From positions 1 through 64,000 of the forward strand of contig JAAOMT010000387.1 in the NCBI GenBank assembly GCA_016748015.1: a stretch of 64,000 nucleotides of DNA. The letters run 5' to 3'. Position numbers and translations under genes: made by a program. Within the stretch, counting starts at the first letter, position 1. Each line of letters starts with the position of its first letter. The notes under the pieces were generated by a model. It did no database searches and was not told the DNA's origin. It saw only the letters and a program-made list of their open reading frames with translations. Below are positions 40,606-52,500 of the stretch, piece by piece. Source of the DNA: Geosiphon pyriformis uo1 (taxonomy: Eukaryota > Fungi > Glomeromycota).

Positions 40606-41346
40606 TGTTACAGGTAATTATTTGAGATCTCAAAGCAAATAATAAATCTGTAACTTGGTGCTTGATTGGTACTCTGGCATAGATATCTGAAGGTTTTATT
40701 GATCTGAAGGTTTGTTGTAAAGTCTTTTGTATAATGAACAGAGATTTAACAATTGTTTTTAGTAGTCTTCTGGAATTGCAATTCCATCAAATTTTTTTCT
40801 CAGCATGGTGGCTGGTAATCCTCCTAGTAAGCTATCCTTAAATCTATGAGTGTTCTACTCTTGTTTCACAGGTCTTTTACCAGTCCCTATGATGTCTGTA
40901 TCTCAGCACTTAATCCTTAATCAATTTAGTAAAACAAAAAAATAAAAGAAAATAAAAAAAATTTAAACAAAAGCAATTGCAAGTTAGTATCTCATCAATA
41001 GCCATGATCAAAAGCTATTGTTCTAGCATAATTTAAATATCAATTACTATTAACATGAAGTGTTGATAGTGGAGAGTGGATTGAGATAATGAATAATTAT
41101 TTATTAATATTTGTAAATTGGAAGGTTGCTTAGATAAAATCTAAACTGAGAGGTCTGTCTTTACTATTTCTAATACTACCACTATATATATATAATTTGA
41201 GTTTTACAAGATTGCTCATATTCTCAAGCAATGTGCTATAATTTCTCAAGCAATGTTCACATTGCTGAGCAATGTGCTCACATGCTAACTACTACTTTCT
41301 TATTGGCCTACTATTTTTCTATATCTGTTTTTTTTTATGAGTAACA
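40606..41346 (-). repeat. 5' LTR of Gypsy B
   Basis: tgttaca...gagtaaca; adjacent PBS ggagcacca at 40595-40603. Confidence 0.94.
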
Positions 41347-44300
41347 ATAACAAACTGAATAATAAATATCATGGACAAAATGTCTGGAATTGTCAGAAAC
41401 TACACTACCATCAGCCATTATAAAGTGTTCACCCAAGTGAGAAGAAAGATACCAATTAGAGAGAAAAGCAACACCAGCAATTACATCAGCACGCTTATTC
41501 CCTGAAACACCAGAGTGGCCCTTAATCTTATGTTAGCTGACCTTTAAATTCTTACTGCAAATAACATTGGCAATATAACAATGTTCAACCCAATACTGAT
41601 TACAAAAGTTGGGACACGCCAGACCCAATTCTGACTTACAAGCATTCAGAGCAGATTGACTATCTAAAAACAAATTAACAGAGCACAGAAAGGGGATACT
41701 TTCCAGAGTCAGTACAATAGCCTGCAATTCTACCAAAGTGGATGACATCAAATCTGACATACCAACACCCAAACCCAAATTAATGTTCTCAAAAAAGACA
41801 GCAACACCAGCTTTATAGCCAACTGAGTCCAGATTACTAAGAAACCCATCTGTATATACTGACAAACTGTCAGTACCAATTTGCAAAAAATGATCACAAA
41901 CATAAACAAAATTATAAGATTCAAGAATGTTCAAAGAACCAACACTATCCAAAACTGAGGGGCAAGTGAAAGATAGACTTCCATTATTTAGAAATGCAAC
42001 AGAAAGCTTGAATTATTCAGAAACAGGGCCATGAAGATCCAATCTCCTCTAATACTTAAAAGTGTACCAATCAAAGACAAAACTACAATGATCATGAAGT
42101 TGATCCACAAAAGCAATACCATATCATCAGAGAGAAGGAAGAAATTTAAGAAACTGTGACTCACCCAGAACAACAAACATAGAGATCCCACCACAAAACT
42201 GAAAGGGATTGGCCAAAGAGCCACTCAGGGACAAATTGCAATTAAGAAGAACATGAATCATACCTGCTAGAAAGTTATTAGAAGTACTAACACGAATATG
42301 CACAAGAGAACTCAATAGATGAACAGGGTGCCAGCACAGAACTTGCAAGTCATAAAACCTGTAAAAGAACAAACGACCCAGGATGCCACCAGAGTTTGCA
42401 AAACTAATGAAAAAGGCCACCTTGCTCTCAGATTAAACCTGAACAAAAGACTTTAAACCATAAAAGGAAGGGTAGTGAATAGTATTACTAGGAAAATTGA
42501 GAGATAGGCTGGATTTGAACTTCAAGCTCTTACAAATCAAAGCATTCCACTTGTTGTACATACCAATAGAAACAAAGCTAAACTGTGTTTTATAACTAAC
42601 TATAGAATAAAGAACTGCTGATACCAAATATAAGAACTGCTTATTTGAAACAGCTTTTTTCAAGACCAGATTGGTGAAAAAACAAACATCTGAATTTGCC
42701 TTCACCAAACTAGGCTTTGAGAGACCTTCAGTTGAGAGAAAAATACCCAAGTATTGATAAGATTTACTCTTTTTGGCAATGGAGATTGGCAAACCACTAA
42801 TAGAAAAAGAAGGAATGCTGACTTTGCTATTGATGGGAATAACCACTGTTTTGTTATTATTAATAGAAATATTATTTATCCAAAAAAATTCACTTGTAAC
42901 ATTAAGAATATGTTGAATAGCTGTTTGACTACAGCCAACCCAAATTGTATCATTGATAAAAGCACCAGCAGCAAAAAAAGAAGAGAGCCCAGCCCGGGAC
43001 TTAGCATAACTATTCTTTGAAATAAAATGAGAACTCAACCTATAACCATACATGCTTTCCTGTCTCTTGACTTTACATAGCAAAGGATCATAAAATATAT
43101 ACCACAAAAGAAGAGAGAAGACCTCTCCTTGGTCTAAACCATCATGTACATGATAACCATCTGTTAACCCAAAATCTGTCATCACTCTGTTGGTACAATC
43201 TCTATGAATACCACCAAAAAACTGAATAAACTTGCCACATATCTTGATCTTAACCAAACTTTTCTCAAGATGTTCCCAGCTGACTGAATCGTATGCTTTC
43301 TGCATATCCTGCAAAACCAGCCAGAGCTCCCAATTCTTTTCTAATGCATTTTCAACTATTGATCCAACTGCAAAAATAAAAAACTGAGTTATCATGCCTT
43401 TTAATACCGAAAAATTGTCTCCACAAAGAATGCTAAAAGTGCTGTATGCTAAAGAAATTTTATTAAATAGTATCTTGGAAAAAATCTTATAAGCTGTCTC
43501 AATCAAAGCAATAGGATGAGTATTCATGAGAACACCCTCCCACTCATATGGTTTAGAAATTATTAAGACCCAAGTCTTCTTCCAAGATCTGGGCACCAAT
43601 TTGTAAGAAAGACACAAGTTCAAAAGTACCAAAAGCATATCCAAAATTGACTTGTCACAATGTTTCCAAAGCTCATTTGTGATACCTGAAAGACCAATAG
43701 CTTTGCCATCAAGCAGATCAGAAACCACATCAAGCAGCTCACTAAACTCAACTGAATGCATTATACCAGAAAAAATCTTATTAAAAACATAATCCAACAG
43801 CCAATATTGATGAGACCAAACATCAGAGACATCAGCAACCATATCATGTTTCTTGGTCCATCCTTCTATAATAATGTCTACCTTAGATTTAACTGAATCA
43901 GACTCCAAAATAAGCTTGTTATCAACAACTAGGTGGTCCAGAACCACTTTGTGGAAAAGATGTTCCAGAACACTTTTGATAATATGACCCTTATTCATCT
44001 CAAAGTTTTCCATCTTCTTATCTATAGCAGATCTAATGTTTGCTTTCTTAGCTGCCAGAAATTCAGCAAGCTTGGACACATGATATGATTTTTTTATGCC
44101 AGAGAGAGCAAAATGAACATGATTAGAGTTCACACCAGAGTTAATGAGATCCTGAACAACTGAGGCCTTGATACTGTCCAGAGAGTCCCAACACTTCATA
44201 AGGGAAACAAAACTGACACCACTTCCCTCATGAGAGGCCTTGATAATTTTTAAAACCAAAAGCTCCAACCTGTGAAACTTCGAAAAAACTTTGGTGAACA

Positions 44301-47300
44301 CACTGTCAAAATCCTTAAGCCACTTTTTCCTAAATATCTCATTTACTGAAAGAGTTATTATCCTACATAAAACATTCCACATGGCATCCAGATCTGAGAG
44401 CTTGACAGCAGTAGCAAACTTATCAAAGAACATCCCAGCATTGGCTGATATGGCATTTTAAAATTTTCTCACTTATTAACATCAGCACCCTTGAGATCAA
44501 ACTTCCACTAATCCCTATTCACTTGCTTGTAAAAAGAGTTCAATCACACATCCAAGAGTCCACCCAAATCCACAGACATAGAAACAGCCCAATGATTAGT
44601 ATCAAAGAATTCTCCAACACCATACACATTGCAATTCACCACAGTATTGACCAAGTTTAAGGAGACAAACAGAAAGTTGATTGTTTTAGCCACATCATGA
44701 GAGTTGGTCCAAGTAGGAGTCTTAACAAAGAAACTTCCACCAAAGGAGTTAACCAAACCAAGATCCAGGCATTTTTTGAAACTGGCACACTTATGAGAAC
44801 CATCTTCATTGAAATTATCATCCAGAACAACAAAAAAAAATTCATTCACAGCTTTGGCAATTATAGAGTTGATCTTACCAGCTTGAAAGAACTGAATTGA
44901 CAAAAAAGTACTAGCATAGAGCCCCAAAATTGAAACAGAAAGTTTGTTTTTGAAAAGTAGTCTGACAAAGAGGAGCCAACCAAGAATCTCAGAAATTTTA
45001 CACACATGATGAACCAAAGAAATGTTCATAATAATGGCAATCCCAGAATCTAAGTTACCAAAGTCCACACCAGAAGTAAAAACCCGAACATCATTAAACC
45101 TATTAGCAATTCATAGACAAATCTTACACCATAAATTGGTCTTGGTAATAATTGAAATCAAATTGCCCATATCCCTGTGCCAATGAACAATATCTTCCTG
45201 TTTTGTAGAATTATTCATACCCCAAACATTGCAAGTAGCAATTTTCCAAACTAAACTAATTATTGAGATGGATAAGGAGTTAACAAACCCAAACCAAAAC
45301 ACAAAGAATCCAATCTCGCCAAAACTGAACTTACTAAAACCTTCAGAGCCATCATCTTTGATTCTAAACCACCTATCTTGGTGGTAAGCACTTTTGAACT
45401 GCTCAAACTTAGTTCAGAAGTAGTATTATTAATCAATAGGAAAGAAGAAGAAAAAGGCACCACCACATTATCTACAGCCATATTCAAATTCAAAGCTGAA
45501 TCCAAGAAAGAAGCAACAAGAGAGAAAGAAACACAAGGTGATGATAACACCAGCATCAAATTCACAAGGCTCAATTTTTTTAAAATATCTGAAATCTGAT
45601 CCAACAAAAGCTCCAAGAAGTGCTTTAAAGAAGCCAAATGGTTGGCTAAACCAGAATTATCAAGAGGGTTGAAAGATAACACCAAAGGTTTTGTGCTTAA
45701 AAGTGAACTCATACCAGAAAGAACTGACAAGACCACATGAGAAGGAGAGCTATCTGCAATTTGAGCCCAAGTCTTTCCACCAAAAGACACCAGGCAGGCA
45801 ACTGGACTCTGCTTTTTTTTATAAATATTAGCCAAACAAACCTGATCCTAAAAAGACACTACTTGTTTATCATGAATTTCAGAATTTCTACCAATTGAAC
45901 ACACATCAGAAATATGACCAAAATGTTTACACTTGGCACAACAGACCAAAGAAAGACCAGTTCATCGCAAATTTACACCCTTATAAACCAGAACAAAACT
46001 AATAACAGCCAATTTGGATGCCTCATTATTGAAACAGACTACTGCACATTTATCACAAGCATATAAACCAGGATTACGGCCAATAAAACAAGTTTTTCTA
46101 CCATAAAAATTCACTAAACTCGACAAATTATGAGCAGTAGTGCCAATTGGAAGTGTGTACAACAAACCCTGATGATGATCTCTGGTCATTCACAACTCCT
46201 TGTCATTAAATGCCAATGCAATATGAACAGAATTTTTATCCACAAGAACTAACCATTTAGAAGCAACTGAACTAGCCACATCTAATTACTCAAATTTTAC
46301 AAAAGCTTTTTGCCAAAGCCCAATTAGTTACATCCTAATTGAAATCACCTGACCAAATTTAGAGAACACTAACTCAATTGCCAATTTGGGAAGATTCACT
46401 GAGATCTCTTTGACAATTACCTCCTGATTTGAATGGCTGTTTACCTTTTTCAGATTATTATTAACAATAATTTTCTCACAGATTGCCAATTCCTTTGCTT
46501 TTTTCATACTAAACTCAGATGTAAATGAAGCTTTGATAATCCCTAAGAATTTTGAGGGAGTTGACACTGTTATAGATGTTTGCTTGATTGTTGGAGTAAA
46601 TAACAAACCTGTAACTTGGTGCTCAAAACTGTTATCAATGATGGCAATCTAAAAGTGTGTTTATCTGAAGGTTTTGGTTGAGTCCTTTGTATAATAAACA
46701 AAGATTCAGTGGTAATAGTTTTATCCATAGCTTTTTAAAACCGCAGTTTTGTCAATTTTTTTTTTAGCATGATGGCCAGTGTTTCTCCTGGTAAGCTAAC
46801 CTCAATCGAGTATCTTACTCTTATTTTTGGGTCTTTTACCAATGCTATATCCTGACATCAGTACTCCATGTATTAATTCTCAATAGAATTAATAATAACA
46901 ACAATTAAGACCAGAACATAAAAGAAATAACATAAAGAAATAAGCCAAGGCAATGAACAAGTTAATATCCTGTTAATAGCCATGATCAAAAGCTATTGGT
47001 CTAGTGTTGTTATGTATCAATGACTATCAACATGAAGTGTTGATAGTAGAGAGTGGATTTGGATGGTGAATGATTTATTTATTTATTATCTGTGAATGAA
47101 AGATTTCTAACTCTAGTATTCCTACTCTTTCTATTTCTACTGCTACCACTATATATATATGATTGATGTTCTATGAGATTGCTCACATTCTCAAGCAATA
47201 TGCTATGATTTCTTAAGCAATATTTACATTGCTAAACAATGTGCTCTAATTTTTTAGCATCGCCCCACATTGCTGAGCAATATGCCATGTTTTCTGATAT

Positions 47301-47416
47301 TGCTCCACATTGCTGAGCAATGTGCTTACATGCTAAATACTATTCTCTTATTGGTTTGCTATTTTCTATATCTGTTTTCTTTCTTTTATGAGTAATATTA
47401 TCTCCTTTTTTTAATA

Positions 47417-48046
47417 TTAAGCTCTGTTGAAATCTTCATTTTGAATTAATTTTAATACTTTTTTTTCAAGTATTGTTTGTTTGACTCTGTTTTTCACGTT
47501 TTTTACTTGTGTATTGTTCATTCTTCCCTATTAGTTAATGGTTATGGTTTTCATGTCAGAGTGTAACAGTATTTCTGGATAGTTCTGAAATATGTTGTAT
47601 AGCTGATAAATTGTTTTTACATGCAGTGTTGAGTTCGTCTTTTTCCCAATAAATTTTTCAATTTGCTCTATTATGTTTTGATTAAATATTCTCTTGGATT
47701 TGTTGATATACAACTCTTAAATATTTAACTTCCGACTTAATTGGTAATAACAGTATGATATTGGAAGTTGTTCTGTCCATTGCTTCCAATTCTCTTTTGT
47801 AAGTTTCTTTGTTGGTGCCATAATAGGTATTTTCCCAAAAGTGTTTTTTACTTTTTCTACTATGTTATCTGACCCATTTTTATTATTTTTTGGTAACTGC
47901 TGATATAGTGTATTCTTTGTCTTACTTTTGGTGTTTTGATAGCAAATTGTTTGGTTGTTAACAATAATTTCCAAGTCTAAAGGTTGTTGAATTAAGGCCT
48001 GGAATAATTGTTAAGCTATGGTGTGAATATGATCTGGTATTTCTAT
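47417..48046 (-). pseudogene. Gypsy D ORF3 (210 codons)
   Basis: (M)EIPDHIHTIA...LPISYCYYQLSRKLNI...DFNRA*. Confidence 0.72.
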
Positions 48047-48105
48047 TTTCTTGGTTGCTTTTGTTACATATACTGTGTCTTTATATACTCTTTTATTGTT
48101 TAATT

Positions 48106-49476
48106 TTATGTGTTTGGTCCAATGATTATGATTGGTTCCAGATTTCGTGGAATCTCATCTGGTTGGACTAGTATTTGTTGTACTCCTAATTGTGGAATGT
48201 TATTGGTAGATGATGATACTATTTGGTGATATGGTTTTAGTCAATCACTATGTGCTGCTTTGGCTAAGATTTTGTTGTTCCATCTTAATTTATAAGCTCT
48301 ATTTTCAAAATTTTCTTCTATGTAAAATGGTCCATTCCATTTGGGGTCAAATTTTCTACTCTATTGTTTTTCCACTTTGGTACAATGTAAAAGTACTTTG
48401 TCTCCAATCTTGAATTCAACTGGTTTGTCTGGTAGTTGATTATCATGTCTTTCTTTTTGTTTTTCTTGTGACTTTTAGATGTTATCAGCTGCTTTTTGTT
48501 ATCTGTTTTCTAGTGTTTCCATTAAGTCATATGTTCTTTTCAACAAGGTTTTTTGGAAATTATCTTTTGTTATTGGTTTAGTTGGATATGTATTAATCTC
48601 AACTGGTAATGTTGCTGTTCTATCATATACCAATTCAAATGATGTTGCTTGTGTGGTATCTTGCTTCATTGTCTAATAAGCAAATAATACTGATGATATA
48701 AACAAATCTCATTCTTCTTGATTTTCTTAACTGATTTTGGCAATTGCTTTATACAGTATTCTATTAAATCTTTTAACTAAATCATTCGTTTGTGGATGGT
48801 ATGGTAATAATACTGGTTTTTTGATTCCGAATTAGTGACTTAATTCCGCTAATGTTCTGTTCACAAAGTGAGTTCCTTAATCTAATAGTAGTTCTTTTGA
48901 ACATCTATGTTGACAAATCAAATCTTAATGAACAAATTTGGCAACAGATTTTGCATCTGTTCTTTGAATGGCTTTTGCTTCTGGCCATTTTGTAAGATAG
49001 TTCATGGCTACTGCAATGTATTTGTTGCCTTTGCTGGTGATTGTTAATAATCCGACTAAGTCAATTCTGATACAATCGAATGGTTGTTTCACTTTGATTG
49101 GTCTTAATGGTTCACTGAATTTTGTTCCACTTCTTCTCTGACAAGTGTCACAATTCTGAACATATTGAATGATATCTGGATACATTGATGGCCAATAGTA
49201 TCTTTTTTTTGTTCTTTCCATGGTTGCTTCTTTATGAAAATGTCCTGCTGTTGGATCTAAATGCATGTTGAATAATATTGTCTCTTTTTCTGATTCTGTG
49301 ACAACTCTCATTGGTTGATTTGAATTTCTTTTGTTTTTTTAGTAAAGTATACTTTTATAATTGATAAAATGTTTTGATTGTTGTTTGATATTATTTCACT
49401 CATTTTGAGATAATTTTTCCTTGAACTGTTGAGTATTTATATAATGTTGTAGTTGTTGATATTTTTGTATGTTCAT
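48106..49476 (-). pseudogene. Gypsy D integrase ORF (457 codons)
   Basis: MNIQKYQQLQHY...MHLDPTAGHF...CDTCQR, IDLVG, NYLTKWPEA. Confidence 0.88.
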
Positions 49477-49505
49477 CTTTTGTTATATTTTTGTGTTGAG
49501 ATGTT

Positions 49506-52500
49506 TTAGATTTGTCTCATTCATGACAAACCATTGTCTTTTCCCTTTTTATAATGTATAGTGTAAGTATATGGTGATAGTGCTATTTTCCATTTTAATT
49601 GTCTTCTATCTCCAAATTCCTGTTTATGAAGTGCTGTTAATCCCTTGTGATCTGTATATACATCAAACTTCTGGCTTAAGTATTCACTCCATTTCATGAC
49701 TGCTCAATAAATTGTTAAGTGTTCTAATTCTGGTGTTCCATAATTTCTTTCAGCTGAAGTTAAATCTCGGCTGGCATATGTGACTGGATGTTCTCTTCCA
49801 TCTGGTCTTCTCTGTAATAGTACTGCTCCCAATGCTTGGCCTGATGCATTAGTGGTAATAATGAATGATTTGTTGTGATCTGAATAGATTAATACTGGAG
49901 CTTGTATAAGCTTTCTTCTCAGAATATCAAAAACTTCTTGTTGTGCTTCTGTCCATTCATATTTCACATTTTTGGTTTGGAGATGATTAAGTGGTGAGCT
50001 ATCTTGGAAAAGTTTTTGATAAAGCGTTGATAATAGCCTGTGAATCTCAAGAATGATTTTAACTCCATCATATTGGTTGGTACTGAAAAGTTTTTGACTA
50101 TTTCTATCTTTTCTGGATCCGTTTTGATGCTGTCTTTGCTTACTATGTGTCTTAAAAAGTTTAATTCTGTCTTGCCAAAGAAGCACTTATTGGCATTTAA
50201 CTTTAGTCCTACTTATTATAGCCATTCAAACACTTGTTGTAGATGATACAAATGATTATCAAATGTTTTGGAGAACACATTGGTGTCATCTAAATAAATG
50301 ACTACTGATTTCCACAACAAGCCGGTATATACTATTTTCATTAGCTGTTGGAATGTGGCTGGCATATTTGTTAAGCCGAATAGCATTACTTTGAATTCAA
50401 AATTTCCCTTCCGTGTTGTGAATACGGTCTTTTCTTTGTCCACTGGATCCATGATTACTTGCCAATAACCACTATCTAAATTCAATGTTAAGAACTATTT
50501 GTTTCCCCCAAAAGCATCAAATAATTCTTGAATCCATGAAGCTGGATAGCTGTCTTCATGCGTGACTCCATTAAGCTTTCTGTAGTCCATGCAAAAGTAG
50601 ATTTTCTCATTTTTTTTCCAGACAAGTACTGCTGGTAATAACCATGGACTCATTGATGACTGAATTAGCCCATTGTCAAGCATCCAGTTGATTTCTTAAT
50701 GAATGATCTCATGGCTAGTAGGTGGTACTCTGTATGCTTATTGTTTTATTGGCATAGTATTTTCAGTTTTAATCTGGTGTTGAATAATATCAGTTCTACT
50801 AAATTCATTCCCATTGGCAAAAATGTCATTGAATTTGTTGAGCAACATCTTTAGCTGCATGCATTGAAGTGGGTCTAGATTCTCCATGTTTATTTGTTCC
50901 AATTGTTCTGATTGAAGCAAATAATATTTATTTTGTCCATATATTGTTTGTGATGTGATGTTAACATATCCACAAAGCTGTAGAAAGTCTGGAATGGGAT
51001 TTGTTGATTGGTCCTCTATTTCAGTAGTTAAATGTCCTATGATAGTTTCTTTTGGTATCTCTATAACCTTTCCGGTGTTGTTGTAAATAGAAATTTTGAT
51101 GTGGCTGTAGTTTCTGGCTGGTATGTGGAGATTAATAAGTCCAATTTCTCTTAATTTACAATGTGCTGCTTCTGTTTCAAAAATCTGGTTCTGATTCTTC
51201 ACTTTCCTTTTTATGACTACCATATACTGGTTATATAATGGAATGAAAATTGGTTGACTGGTAGAGATAATTTCTCTCTTGTCAATAATCTCTTTTTTCA
51301 CCATATTAACTGGTATATCTATTCTATCTGTTGATCCAAATCTCTGTATTTCTCTTGCTGTTATTTCTAATTCTTCCCTATTTCCTATTGATACTAACTG
51401 AGCTATTTTGACTAGAGACAGGAATATTGTCTGCACTATCTTTTTGTTTGGCTTTATTACATAGGCCTTTTCTGAACCGTTTTGTAGCATAGCAATGATA
51501 TTTTTCATATATCCTGTGTCAATTATTCTTTCTTTGATATTAATTCCTCTTTTTGCTAGACTACTCCTAGATGCTAGTTGAACCATTGTGGTTGCTAGAA
51601 TTTCTAGTGCTATTTTCAGATCAATACAAGTACATGAATGTGGTTCCAATTTGATGGCATCTTTTTTAGGACATTTCAAGTCAAACCCTGCATTAGTATC
51701 ATGTACACATTTTGACATAATATCTTTATTATTGTCACTGAACCATTTTAGTTCTTGCTCCTTGGTGAGATCAGAGAGTGCGATATATTGTTTGTAGTTT
51801 GAATCTGAGTTGGAATTGTTGTTATTGTTATTGCTATTTTGAATAGAACTGGAACCATTATTTTTGTCATTGTCATTGTCAGGGTTGGAATCAGGATTGA
51901 AAATTGATTTTGATTCCGATGTGCAGCTGCTGATTGGTTCAATTTTTTCTGGGATCATGTAAATTATTTGTGGTGGTGGATTGTAGATGAGATTACACTC
52001 ATTACAATACTGAAAGTCACATGGAATTAAACAGTAGTCACATAATCAAGTGTTTAGCTATACTAAACGCTCTTCCTGTTTTTTTCTGGTGGGTGCCAAG
52101 TTCTGGTAATGCTCATGGAAGTCTTCTGAGTTGGTTTCTATATTGAAAAAGGCATCTGGATTTAGAACGAGGATGATGTCAACCTGTTCAGGCAGGTTGT
52201 TTTTAACTTCCAGAATTTTACTGGGCATGGCTCCTTAGACTTTGGTATTCACCATTCCCCAGATCTTGTCCTCGTCATGTGGATAGCCATCCAATTAGTT
52301 AATCACTCTCTGCCAAGCTGCTGTTATGGGCATGCCATAACTCACCCAGTCATTGATAAGAATTGTATATTGGCATGAAGCATTGTATGTTCTTTCTTGA
52401 CTAGAAATATTGTTTCACATCCCTTTATCAAGTAGCTGTTCACCACAAGTGAGACATGGTTTGTTGTCTCACTTGCCTTGGCACTTTGGATATCTGTAGC

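Larger units (their letters stand above)
20951..41346 (-). mobile_element. Ty3/Gypsy LTR retrotransposon B (dUTPase-bearing), TSD ATAA
   Basis: LTRs 20951-21731 and 40606-41346; PPT 21732-21745; PBS just left of 40604; TSD ataa at 20947-20950 and 41347-41350. Remnants of gag, PR (LILDSGSAG), dUTPase, RT, RH and IN appear in Gypsy order. Confidence 0.95.
20176..45263 (-). pseudogene. LINE A ORF2: APE endonuclease, RT, RNase H, CCHC (interrupted by Gypsy B)
   Basis: APE: KIATCNVWG, DDNFNED, FDTNHWAV. RT: LQDMQKAYDSVSWEHL, GLDQGEVFS, AFINDTIW. RNase H: VYTDGF, SSTLVELQAI, LDSQ. CCHC: CLYCGNVETLDHVFSC. Many stops. Confidence 0.9.
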
